Source of the DNA: Candidatus Eiseniibacteriota bacterium
Lineage (GTDB): Bacteria; Eisenbacteria; RBG-16-71-46; CAIMUX01
Direction of reading: 5' to 3'
Length of the DNA stretch: 64,000 bases
Assembly (NCBI GenBank): GCA_016712505.1
Contig: JADJQY010000042.1
Coordinates: 269,809-333,808, forward strand
The notes beneath the pieces are model-generated. The model did not search any database, had not been told where the DNA came from, and saw only the letters and a list, made by a program, of their open reading frames with translations. A program made the position numbers and the translations under genes. Below, in pieces: positions 1 through 7,822 of this stretch; positions within the stretch are counted from its first letter, which is position 1, and each line of letters starts with the position of its first letter.

Positions 1-350
1 TGTTCATCGGCAGCGCCATCTCGTAGCCGGTGTAGGCGCAGAGCCGCTGCAGGAAGTCGCCCATCCGATCGTTGTAGAAGGCGCGGCTGGTCAGGGTGCA
101 GCGATCGGCCTGGTCCTTCAACGCCTGGATGATCTTGGGGTGGCGGTGCCCCTGGTTGACCGCCGAGTAGGCGGAGAGGAAGTCCATGTAGCGCTTCCCC
201 TCGGGATCGGTGACCCAGACCCCTTCCGCGGTCGCAATCACAACCGGGAGGGGATGGTAGTTGTGCGCGCCGAACGTCTCGGTCTGGTGGACCAGGGCGG
301 CGCTCTTCTCACCGTGGACGGCTTGATCGCTGGCGGTCGTGCTGCTCATG
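1..350 (-). CDS. rocD: Ornithine--oxo-acid aminotransferase (class III PLP aminotransferase). N-terminus is in the window; the gene continues past position 1.
   Basis: My reverse translation from the ATG at 350 gives [96 protein letters not shown]. This is near-identical in motif order to Bacillus RocD ([29 protein letters not shown]). It is absent from the ORF track because it runs off the window edge. Confidence 0.85.
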
Positions 351-428
351 ACGGTCTCCTTCCTCGAGCCTTGGGCCTGGAACGCAGTCTAGCGAAGCCG
401 CGCCGCGAGGGATAGACTCCCCACCGCG

Positions 429-1817
429 GTGGAGCGCCCGCGCCGGACCAAGATGGACAACGAACGAGCATTCGCCCCTTATGCGATGAGCGCCCGGTGG
501 CACCAAGGCGGTCTGCCGGTGGCCCTTGCCTGCCTGGCAGGGGGAGCGATCTTGCGCATCTGGTTGGCCCTTCGATCGAGCTTGGTCGAGCCCTGGTCCG
601 ACATGAGGGCCTTCCTCGAACTGGCTCGGATCGTGGGATCGGAGCACGGACCGCTGACCGCGGACCGCCCGATGCTCTACCCGTGGTTGCTCGCGCGCGC
701 CTTCGCCGAGGGGCTCTCTCCCGGAGTTCCCCTCTACCTCACCCAGGGGTTCTTCTCCCTGACCGTTGCGGCTCTCCTGGCGCGACTGTCCGCGCGCTGG
801 TTCGGTGCGCCTGCCGGATACGCCACCCTGGCGCTAGGCTGCTTTTCCATCACCTTCGCGCAGTACTCCGCCCTGGCTCTGACCGAGACCGCTTTCGCGG
901 CGGCCTACTTCGGCGGGGTCAATCTGATCCTTGCCGCGCCCCGGCTCGATCTCGCACTTGGCTCCCGGAAGGCGCGTCAGGTCGCCGCCGCCGCGCGCAT
1001 CGCCGGGGTGCTGCTTCTCGCGGTCGCTGCGGTGCTCCGTCCCTCCGGCCTCGCCCTGGCCATGGGTCTTCTGGTCGGGGCAGCTTGGGCTCCGAGTCGA
1101 TCTCTACATCGCGGGAAACGAATCGCCATCGGAGCCGCTTCCCTGGCGTTCCTCGTGGCAAGCTACCTGGGGTTCGTCCAGTTGCTGGAGCGCGAGACCG
1201 GTGTTCATACCGGCCCGTTCCCCACTGCCGGGTTCAACCTCTATCTGGGCAACTCGCCCGGAGCGCGCTGGGATGGGGGCGGAGCGACCGTCGTGCCGCC
1301 GGAACTGACCGGAGAGAAGGACGCAATCGCGGCGGGCGAGCTCGCCCGGCGCCTCGCCTTCGAACACATTGGTGCGCATCCGGCCGAGACGCTCGGGCGG
1401 ATCGCGGTTCGGACGCTTCGTCTCTGCGGCATCAATCCGGGTCGAGTCGAGTACGACGCCCTGACCCGCTACGGCCTCCCGGCGCCGATCGTAGTCGGCT
1501 GGCTTGCCGCAGAGTGGATCGGAGTGCTACTCCTCTCCGCCGTCGGCGTCGCCCTGGCCCCGCGGTCGATCCAACGCTGCCTCGTCCTTGCGCTGGCCCC
1601 GTATCTCGCAGGTCTTGCGATCTCCTACGTGCAGACACGGTACCGTATCCCGGTCCACCTCTGGCTTCTCCCCTTTGCCGGGGCGACGCTCGCGCGCTGG
1701 ATCGGACCCGAACCGTTCGCCTTCGCGACCCTGCAGCGCCGAGCGCTGCTCGCGGCGACCGCGATCATCGTGGCGGGGTTGAGTTTCGATCTGGCAACGC
1801 GATTCTGGCTCTGCTAG
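429..1817 (+). CDS. Polytopic inner-membrane protein, probably a GT-C-fold glycosyltransferase (ArnT/PMT-like)
   Basis: 462-aa ORF, very hydrophobic with more than 10 predicted TM segments. Overall architecture resembles 4-amino-arabinose/dolichyl-phosphate-mannose transferases. The function is weakly supported. Confidence 0.4.
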   Translation: MERPRRTKMDNERAFAPYAMSARWHQGGLPVALACLAGGAILRIWLALRSSLVEPWSDMRAFLELARIVGSEHGPLTADRPMLYPWLLARAFAEGLSPGVPLYLTQGFFSLTVAALLARLSARWFGAPAGYATLALGCFSITFAQYSALALTETAFAAAYFGGVNLILAAPRLDLALGSRKARQVAAAARIAGVLLLAVAAVLRPSGLALAMGLLVGAAWAPSRSLHRGKRIAIGAASLAFLVASYLGFVQLLERETGVHTGPFPTAGFNLYLGNSPGARWDGGGATVVPPELTGEKDAIAAGELARRLAFEHIGAHPAETLGRIAVRTLRLCGINPGRVEYDALTRYGLPAPIVVGWLAAEWIGVLLLSAVGVALAPRSIQRCLVLALAPYLAGLAISYVQTRYRIPVHLWLLPFAGATLARWIGPEPFAFATLQRRALLAATAIIVAGLSFDLATRFWLC

Positions 1818-1850
1818 CTCGTGCTACGATTCGCCCCTGGAGGATCCGGA

Positions 1851-2630
1851 ATGTCAGGAAAGGGATGGTCGATCCTGCGCCCGCTGCGGTGGGCGCTGCA
1901 CGCGACATTGATCTGCCTCGCGGCAACCGCCGCCAGGGCTGAGAACCTCGCCCAGGCGGTTTCCCGGTTGGAAAGCCCGACGCGCCAGGTCTGGCTCTCG
2001 GCGGCGAACGAACTGGTGGAGGCCGGAGATCGTGCCGGTCGGTATCTCGAACGACGTCGCAACGCGGTGGGTAACCCGCGCGTCGCGGCCCGGATCGACT
2101 CACTCCTCCGCGAAATCTGGTCGATCCGCGCCACACTCGAAGTCGAGCCCCGCACGCTTCGAGTCGGCCAGCCACTCGACTACCGGGTGCTCATCCGGAA
2201 TGCGACCCGCGCGACGATTCTCCTGCCGCTTCCGACCGAAGGGTGTGAGGATGGGCTCAGGTCCCCTCGGATCGAACTCGAACTCATCGCGCCGGATGGT
2301 CAGCCGGCCGGCTTCGGCCCAACCTGGGCCCGGGCGGGAGAACTCGATCGCCTGCGCGCCGATGACTTCGTTCGTCTTCCGCGGGGCGCGGAAACTTCGC
2401 TCTGGAGAGACGGCGCCCCGCGGCGATTGCGCGCCCCCGGTCACTGGTACTGGGCGCCACCGGGTCCCGGGCTCTACCGTTTGCGTTTCATCTACGACTG
2501 CACCGAGCGCAACTGGAACGACTGGCTCGGCCGTTCCACCGAGCCCGAACTCGATGTCAAGCAGCGTTGGATGGAATCGTTTCGCGGGCGCATCGTCTCG
2601 AATTGGGTTACGCTCAACGTGACCGAGTAA
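1851..2630 (+). CDS. Hypothetical secreted protein
   Basis: ORF 1821..2630. The internal ATG at 1851 (MSGKGW...) is followed by a signal-peptide-like segment (LICLAATAARA). No recognisable domain. Confidence 0.45.
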   Translation: MSGKGWSILRPLRWALHATLICLAATAARAENLAQAVSRLESPTRQVWLSAANELVEAGDRAGRYLERRRNAVGNPRVAARIDSLLREIWSIRATLEVEPRTLRVGQPLDYRVLIRNATRATILLPLPTEGCEDGLRSPRIELELIAPDGQPAGFGPTWARAGELDRLRADDFVRLPRGAETSLWRDGAPRRLRAPGHWYWAPPGPGLYRLRFIYDCTERNWNDWLGRSTEPELDVKQRWMESFRGRIVSNWVTLNVTE

Positions 2631-2775
2631 GAGGACTTCCTTTCGCCGCAGCGGCTTGCGCCGCGCGCGCACACTCGATACGACCAGCTGGTCTTTCGGC
2701 TTGAGCCGAACTCGGCTGCTTGCTAGCCTTCGCTCACTTCCCAGGCCAACCAACCTTCTTCCGCGAGAGTGCACG

Positions 2776-4215
2776 ATGGCGAAGCCTTCTCCCCTTCTGC
2801 CGACCCCGAACGAGATCCTGGGCTATCTCGGCCGCTTCGTTCGCGGCCAGGACGAGGCCAAGGAGGCGCTGGCGATCAGCGCCTACAACCACTACCTCTC
2901 GCTTGCCTGGGAGGACGCAAATCGCTCTCCGCTCGCGCACGAGGAACGCCGTCCCTTCGGCACGAATCACGTGCTCCTCTTCGGACCTACCGGCTCGGGC
3001 AAGAGTTACCTGGTGCGGCGGCTGGCCGAGAGTATCGGCGCGCCGGTTCATTTCGGCAGCGCGGCCGGTTTGGTCGAGGCCGGCTATGTGGGCGAGAACC
3101 AGGTCGATGGATTGGTTCGAAGCCTGCTCGTGCAGTGCGAGATGAACGTCGAGCTGGCGCAGCGCGGCATCATCTTCCTCGACGAACTCGACAAGGTGCG
3201 GAAGCGGGTCGGAGGCATGCGTGACGTCTCCGGGGAAGGGGTCCAGAACGCGCTGCTCACCATTCTCGACGGCCGCATCGTCACCGTCCGGATCCAGCAT
3301 GAGGTGTACGAAGTCGATACCTCGCGGATGCTCTTCATCTGTGCCGGCGCTTTCGTGCAGCTGGAGGAGATCGTGCGCCGGCGAGTGCGGATCCCCCAAC
3401 CGGTCCCGGCGGAGTTGGAGCTCGATCCGCTCACCCAGGTCACACCCGCCGATCTGCGCAAGTTCGGGCTGATTCCGGAGTTGATCGGGCGCTTCTCGAT
3501 GATCGCACCGACCCGCCGCCTGCGGGAGGACGACCTGGTCGACATTCTGGCCCAGGCGGAAGGATCGGTCTTGCACGAGCAGCGCCGGCTCTACGAGGCC
3601 CACGGCATCGAGGTGATCTTCACTCCCGATGCTCTACTCGAGATTGCGCGTCAGGCCGACCGCTCGGGCACCGGAGCTCGCGGACTGAAGCAGGTGGTGC
3701 TCGATGCGCTCCGCCCGGTCGCGATGCGCCTCCCGGAGCTTTCGCGCACCGGGGTCCGCCGGGTCACGGTCACCGAAGGATGCATCGCCGGTTGGGAGTC
3801 GGCCATTTTCGAACAGGCGCCGCCGGAAGAATCGCTCACCGATGCGTCGACCATGCTGCGACGCCGCGCCAGCCGTCTCATCAAGAGCAATGCCGCGACC
3901 GCCCGCGACCTCAGCACGCCGATCAGCGAGCAGAGTCGGGCCAAGATCCGCGAGCAAGTGGAGGCGCTCAAGCCGCGCATCGCCTGGAGCGAGGCCGATC
4001 TCGAGGTCCGCGGCTGGTGGCGCGAGTTCGAGCGCAACCACGCGAAGAACCCGGGCGTCGTCCTGCGGGTCATGGAACAGCTCCGGAAGCGCAAGGCGAC
4101 TCTGTCGAAGTTCTATCAAGCCTGCCGTCACGCCCGGACCGAGAACATCCAGGCCGCGCTGCACTACCTCGACTATCTCTTGCTCAAGGAGAAGGAAGAG
4201 AACAAGGCGCGGTAG
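2776..4215 (+). CDS. ClpX-family AAA+ unfoldase paralogue. It lacks the N-terminal zinc-binding domain and the IGF ClpP-docking loop, and carries a unique ~150-aa C-terminal domain.
   Basis: Its ClpX-type AAA+ module (Walker A GPTGSGKSYL, sensor/box motifs and arginine fingers) aligns to ClpX. The zinc-finger domain is absent, and the IGF/GIGFGA loop region is replaced by IPQPVPAELELDPL. Confidence 0.8.
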   Translation: MAKPSPLLPTPNEILGYLGRFVRGQDEAKEALAISAYNHYLSLAWEDANRSPLAHEERRPFGTNHVLLFGPTGSGKSYLVRRLAESIGAPVHFGSAAGLVEAGYVGENQVDGLVRSLLVQCEMNVELAQRGIIFLDELDKVRKRVGGMRDVSGEGVQNALLTILDGRIVTVRIQHEVYEVDTSRMLFICAGAFVQLEEIVRRRVRIPQPVPAELELDPLTQVTPADLRKFGLIPELIGRFSMIAPTRRLREDDLVDILAQAEGSVLHEQRRLYEAHGIEVIFTPDALLEIARQADRSGTGARGLKQVVLDALRPVAMRLPELSRTGVRRVTVTEGCIAGWESAIFEQAPPEESLTDASTMLRRRASRLIKSNAATARDLSTPISEQSRAKIREQVEALKPRIAWSEADLEVRGWWREFERNHAKNPGVVLRVMEQLRKRKATLSKFYQACRHARTENIQAALHYLDYLLLKEKEENKAR

Positions 4216-4364
4216 AGCGCCGCTCCGCGACCCGGCCTTGCGACAATCGTTCGCAGGGTTGCAGGGACGTCTTCCGCATCTCCCCTTGACCGCCTGCGCA
4301 ACGGCGTAGTCTGCTCTCTCTCGCCTATCCCAGACGATTCCTTTCCCCGAGCAAGGAGATCCCC

Positions 4365-5297
4365 GTGCGCGCTTCGCGATGGCTGCCCCTCGTTTCCCTC
4401 CTCGTTGCCCTTTTCGTACTCGCCTGCGGAGGTAGCGACGGAGATCCCGCCGGTCCGGGCCCGGCGGACGGTCCTCGCTTCTTCCGAGCGAAGATCGATG
4501 GCGCCGACTGGTCGGTCAGTTCGACGAACGTCGCCTTCGCGGCTTCCCACACCTCCCCCGGGCTCTATGTACTGATCGGTCAGGTCGAAGGCGGCCACCG
4601 GATCCAGATCGTCTTGAGCAGCATCACCGGACCCGGCACCTACCCACTCGGAGTCGGTGCAGGCCCGCGGGGTGGAAACGCGACTCTCTCCCTCTCCCCC
4701 TCCACCTGGCTCACGCCCCTCTCGGGTGCCGCGGGCAGTATCACCTTCACCGCCCTCAGCGACACGCACATGGTCGGAACCTTCGCCTTCACCGCGGCGG
4801 CGGTCGGCGGCACTCCGGCCGGTACGAAGGAGGTGACCGAAGGCGAGTTCGATCTGGCCGTCACCACGATCGGAACCATCGGCCCGGTGCCGGACAACGC
4901 CTGGAGCGAGGTGCGCACCACCATTGCTGGCGCCGCCTGGAACGGCGCAACCGTCTCGACCTTGATCAATGGCCCCACTCTGAGCATTGTCGCCGGGACC
5001 GATACGCGGACCCTGACCATCAACATCGGCGAGTTCACTGGACCGGGAACCTATGAGTTCTCGGAGACCTCGCCTCCGCGAAGCATGACCGTGATCGGCG
5101 ACGGCATCGATCCACTGGTCTGTTGTTGGCGCACCGCCGGAGCCACCACCGGGCGGGTCGTGGTCGAAAGTCTCTCCTCTACCCGAATCACGGGAACGTT
5201 CGAGGCTGTGGCGGAAGCCTCGAAGTTCGGTACGGCCACGGGCACGGTCACGCTCGTCGGCGGCACCTTCTCGAACGGGCTGCTCACCCCTCCGTGA
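4365..5297 (+). CDS. Lipoprotein of unknown function, with an internal duplication
   Basis: Lipobox signal (LVALFVLAC-GG). There are two homologous halves (GPGTYPLG.../GPGTYEFSE..., ...GTFAFTAAAVGG.../...GTFEAVAEAS...). Confidence 0.55.
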   Translation: MRASRWLPLVSLLVALFVLACGGSDGDPAGPGPADGPRFFRAKIDGADWSVSSTNVAFAASHTSPGLYVLIGQVEGGHRIQIVLSSITGPGTYPLGVGAGPRGGNATLSLSPSTWLTPLSGAAGSITFTALSDTHMVGTFAFTAAAVGGTPAGTKEVTEGEFDLAVTTIGTIGPVPDNAWSEVRTTIAGAAWNGATVSTLINGPTLSIVAGTDTRTLTINIGEFTGPGTYEFSETSPPRSMTVIGDGIDPLVCCWRTAGATTGRVVVESLSSTRITGTFEAVAEASKFGTATGTVTLVGGTFSNGLLTPP

Positions 5298-5355
5298 GCC
5301 GTGCGTTCGCAGGCGCCACGGCGGAATCCCTCCACGGGATCCCGCCCATGACAAC

Positions 5356-7518
5356 TCAGTACCCGACCACCTCCTTGGCCGCCGCGACGATGCTCTCGAC
5401 CGAGGGGAGGATCGAGTCCTCGAGGACCGGGGCGTAGGCGTAGTGGGTGTCGGCGGTGCAGACCCGGCGGACCGGGGCGTCGAGCCAGTCGAAGCACTGC
5501 TCGGAGATGCGGGCGGAAATCTCGGCGCCGAGGCCGCAGAAGGTGCGGTCCTCGTGCACGATGAGCAGGCGATGGGTCTTCCGCACGGTGTGGAGGATCG
5601 ATTCCATGTCGAGCGGCTTGACCGTGCGGAGGTCCAGGACCTCGGCCTGGATGCCGGCCTGTTCGAGCTGCACCGCGGCGTCGAGGCAGAGATGCACGGT
5701 GGGACCGTAGGTCACGAGCGAGAGATCCGCACCGAGACGACGGAAGGCGCCGATGCCGATCGGAACGGGATCGGCGACGCGGCGTAGTTTCGCTTTCACC
5801 CGGCGGTAGAGGTACTTGTACTCGAGAAAGATGACCGGGTTGGGATCGTGGATTGCCGCCCGCAGGAGACCGGAGGCATCCTCGGCGGTCGCCGGGGCGA
5901 CGATCTTCACCCCCGGCACGGTGAGGAAGAAGTTCTCCACGTTCTGCGAATGAAACAGCCCCCCTCGGATCCGCGCACCCGAAGGGCAACGCACCACCAT
6001 CGGGACACCGACCTTGCCGCCGTGCCGATAGCACATGGTGGCGGCGCTGTTCGCGAGCTGATCGAAGCCACAAGTGATGAAGTCGGCGAACTGCATCTCG
6101 GCCACTGGGCGCATGCCGACGATCGCCGCTCCGACCGCGCCGCCCACGATCAATGACTCCGAGATAGGAGTATCGATCACCCGTTCCTCGCCGAACTGCT
6201 CGATCAGCCCCTTGGTCACGCCGAAGGCGCCCCCCATGGTGCCGATATCCTCGCCGAGGCAGAAGACGCGGCCATCGCGCTCCATCTCATAGATCAGCGT
6301 CTGCCGGATCGCTTCGAGGTAGGTCACCTCCTGCTCCTCGAATGGCTCGGCCACCGCACGCCAGTCTCCTTCGACCGCCGCCCGCCCGGCCACCCCCTCC
6401 TCGTGGACCTCGATGAACGGACCATGGGGCACGGTGCCGTCGGGGCCAGGGGTCGCGCCGTAGTCCGGGTCCAGGATGTCGCCCGTCCCCTGCTCGTACG
6501 GACCGTAGAAGACGGCCGTGCGCGCCGCGGACGGCTCGGGAAAGGGGCTCGATTCGGCGAACTCCACCGCGCGCTCGATCTCGGCCGCGATCTCGGTCCG
6601 GATCTCCTCCCGCATCTGGTCCAGCTTGTAGCCCCGCTTCTCGAGGTAGAGCTCCCAGAGTTCCAGCGGGTCACGCGAGGCCCATTCGACCACGTCGTCT
6701 TCGCTGCGATACTTGGCCGGATCGTGCTCGCTGTGCCCGCGGATGCGATAGGTGACGCACTCGATCAGCGTCGCCCCCTCTCCGTTCCGCGCCCGCTCCA
6801 CTGCCTTCTCCACCTCGTCGATCACGCGATTGAGGTCGTTTCCGTGCGTACGGGAGCGATGGATGCCGTAGGCATCCGCCCGTTCGGCCACCGTCTCGAC
6901 CGGCATCTGCAGACGGGTCGGGGTCGAGAAGGCGAGCTGATTGTTCTCGCAGATGTAGACCACCGGGAGCTGGTGGATCCCGGCAAAGTTGAGCGCCTCG
7001 TGGAAGTCACCGCGACTGGTCGACCCTTCACCGAAGAGCGCGATCGCGACCCGCTTCTCACCCCGGGTCTTGAACGCCATGGCGCATCCGGTGGCGACCG
7101 GCAGCGTGGCGCCCAACATCGAGGTAGCGCCGAAAACGCCCAGCTTCGGTTCGCCGGTATGCAGGAACGAATCGCGGCCACCCGAGAGCCCGGTAGCGCG
7201 CCCGAGAATCTGGGCCATCAGAATCGCCGGGTCGATTCCGCGCATGAGAAAGATCCCCATGTCGCGATGGAGCGGGAAGATCACGTCTCCCTGGGTCAGC
7301 GGCTGGGTCGCGCCGACCACGATCGCCTCCTGACCGATTCCGGAGTAGACGCCGCCGATCACCTTGTTCTGACGATGAAGCACGGCGACCTTCTCGTCGA
7401 ACATCCGAACCAACGTGAGCTTGCGATAGAGGTCGCGATCCAGCCGCTCGCGCTCCGCGGGAGCAATCGAGGGCCGCGGAAGGGTCGCCCCCTTCCGTGC
7501 CGGGGATTTCTTGACCAA
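5356..7518 (-). CDS. 2-oxoacid (branched-chain/pyruvate) dehydrogenase E1 component, fused alpha+beta subunits (TPP-dependent)
   Basis: A 720-aa ORF. The N-terminal half carries the E1-alpha TPP-binding motifs (GIGQEAIVVGAT, GDGxxxxG-like). The C-terminal half is E1-beta/transketolase-like (MPVETVAERADAYGI...). The alpha/beta fusion is typical of the FCB group. Confidence 0.85.
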   Translation of the reverse strand: MVKKSPARKGATLPRPSIAPAERERLDRDLYRKLTLVRMFDEKVAVLHRQNKVIGGVYSGIGQEAIVVGATQPLTQGDVIFPLHRDMGIFLMRGIDPAILMAQILGRATGLSGGRDSFLHTGEPKLGVFGATSMLGATLPVATGCAMAFKTRGEKRVAIALFGEGSTSRGDFHEALNFAGIHQLPVVYICENNQLAFSTPTRLQMPVETVAERADAYGIHRSRTHGNDLNRVIDEVEKAVERARNGEGATLIECVTYRIRGHSEHDPAKYRSEDDVVEWASRDPLELWELYLEKRGYKLDQMREEIRTEIAAEIERAVEFAESSPFPEPSAARTAVFYGPYEQGTGDILDPDYGATPGPDGTVPHGPFIEVHEEGVAGRAAVEGDWRAVAEPFEEQEVTYLEAIRQTLIYEMERDGRVFCLGEDIGTMGGAFGVTKGLIEQFGEERVIDTPISESLIVGGAVGAAIVGMRPVAEMQFADFITCGFDQLANSAATMCYRHGGKVGVPMVVRCPSGARIRGGLFHSQNVENFFLTVPGVKIVAPATAEDASGLLRAAIHDPNPVIFLEYKYLYRRVKAKLRRVADPVPIGIGAFRRLGADLSLVTYGPTVHLCLDAAVQLEQAGIQAEVLDLRTVKPLDMESILHTVRKTHRLLIVHEDRTFCGLGAEISARISEQCFDWLDAPVRRVCTADTHYAYAPVLEDSILPSVESIVAAAKEVVGY

Positions 7519-7822
7519 GGGATGCCTCCGTTTTGAACCAGTGGTGCAGCCCGGAGGATACCGCCCGCCGGGCGATTTGAGAATGCCTCGCAGCAGCCGC
7601 CCGGCCGCGCAACCCTGCCCCCCTCCAGGACCGGCCGTACCCCTGACCGTTCTGACCGAGATGTCTCAATTCCTCCGGATCAGCGCGTTTCCGGCATTTT
7701 GTATGGAACCAGTTCGGGGATAGAATCGAAGGCGCTGGTTTTCGCTTGGAGTCCCCCCCGGACGCAGATCCCAGTGCCTCCGGACGTTCTCAGCTCTCTC
7801 GAACCACAGCCAGGAGGCAACG

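Noticed and set aside
497-1942. 481-aa ORF (+) overlapping the membrane glycosyltransferase gene in another frame
   Set aside because: Translation is extremely Arg/Pro/Gly-rich with no domain signal. It is the typical alternative-frame artefact of ~70% GC DNA. Similar spurious long ORFs are 8105..10648(-), 14600..15802(+), 16446..18362(+), 29407..30885(+), 35786..37039(+), 37499..39718(+), 41515..42816(-), 51259..53385(-), 54597..56177(+), 58665..59903(-) and 60914..62551(+).
5298-5355. Possible terminator hairpin (GGAATCCC…GGGATCCC) between the convergent lipoprotein and E1 genes
   Set aside because: The stem is imperfect (GGAATCCC does not pair fully with GGGATCCC) and has no T-tract. It is too weak to call.
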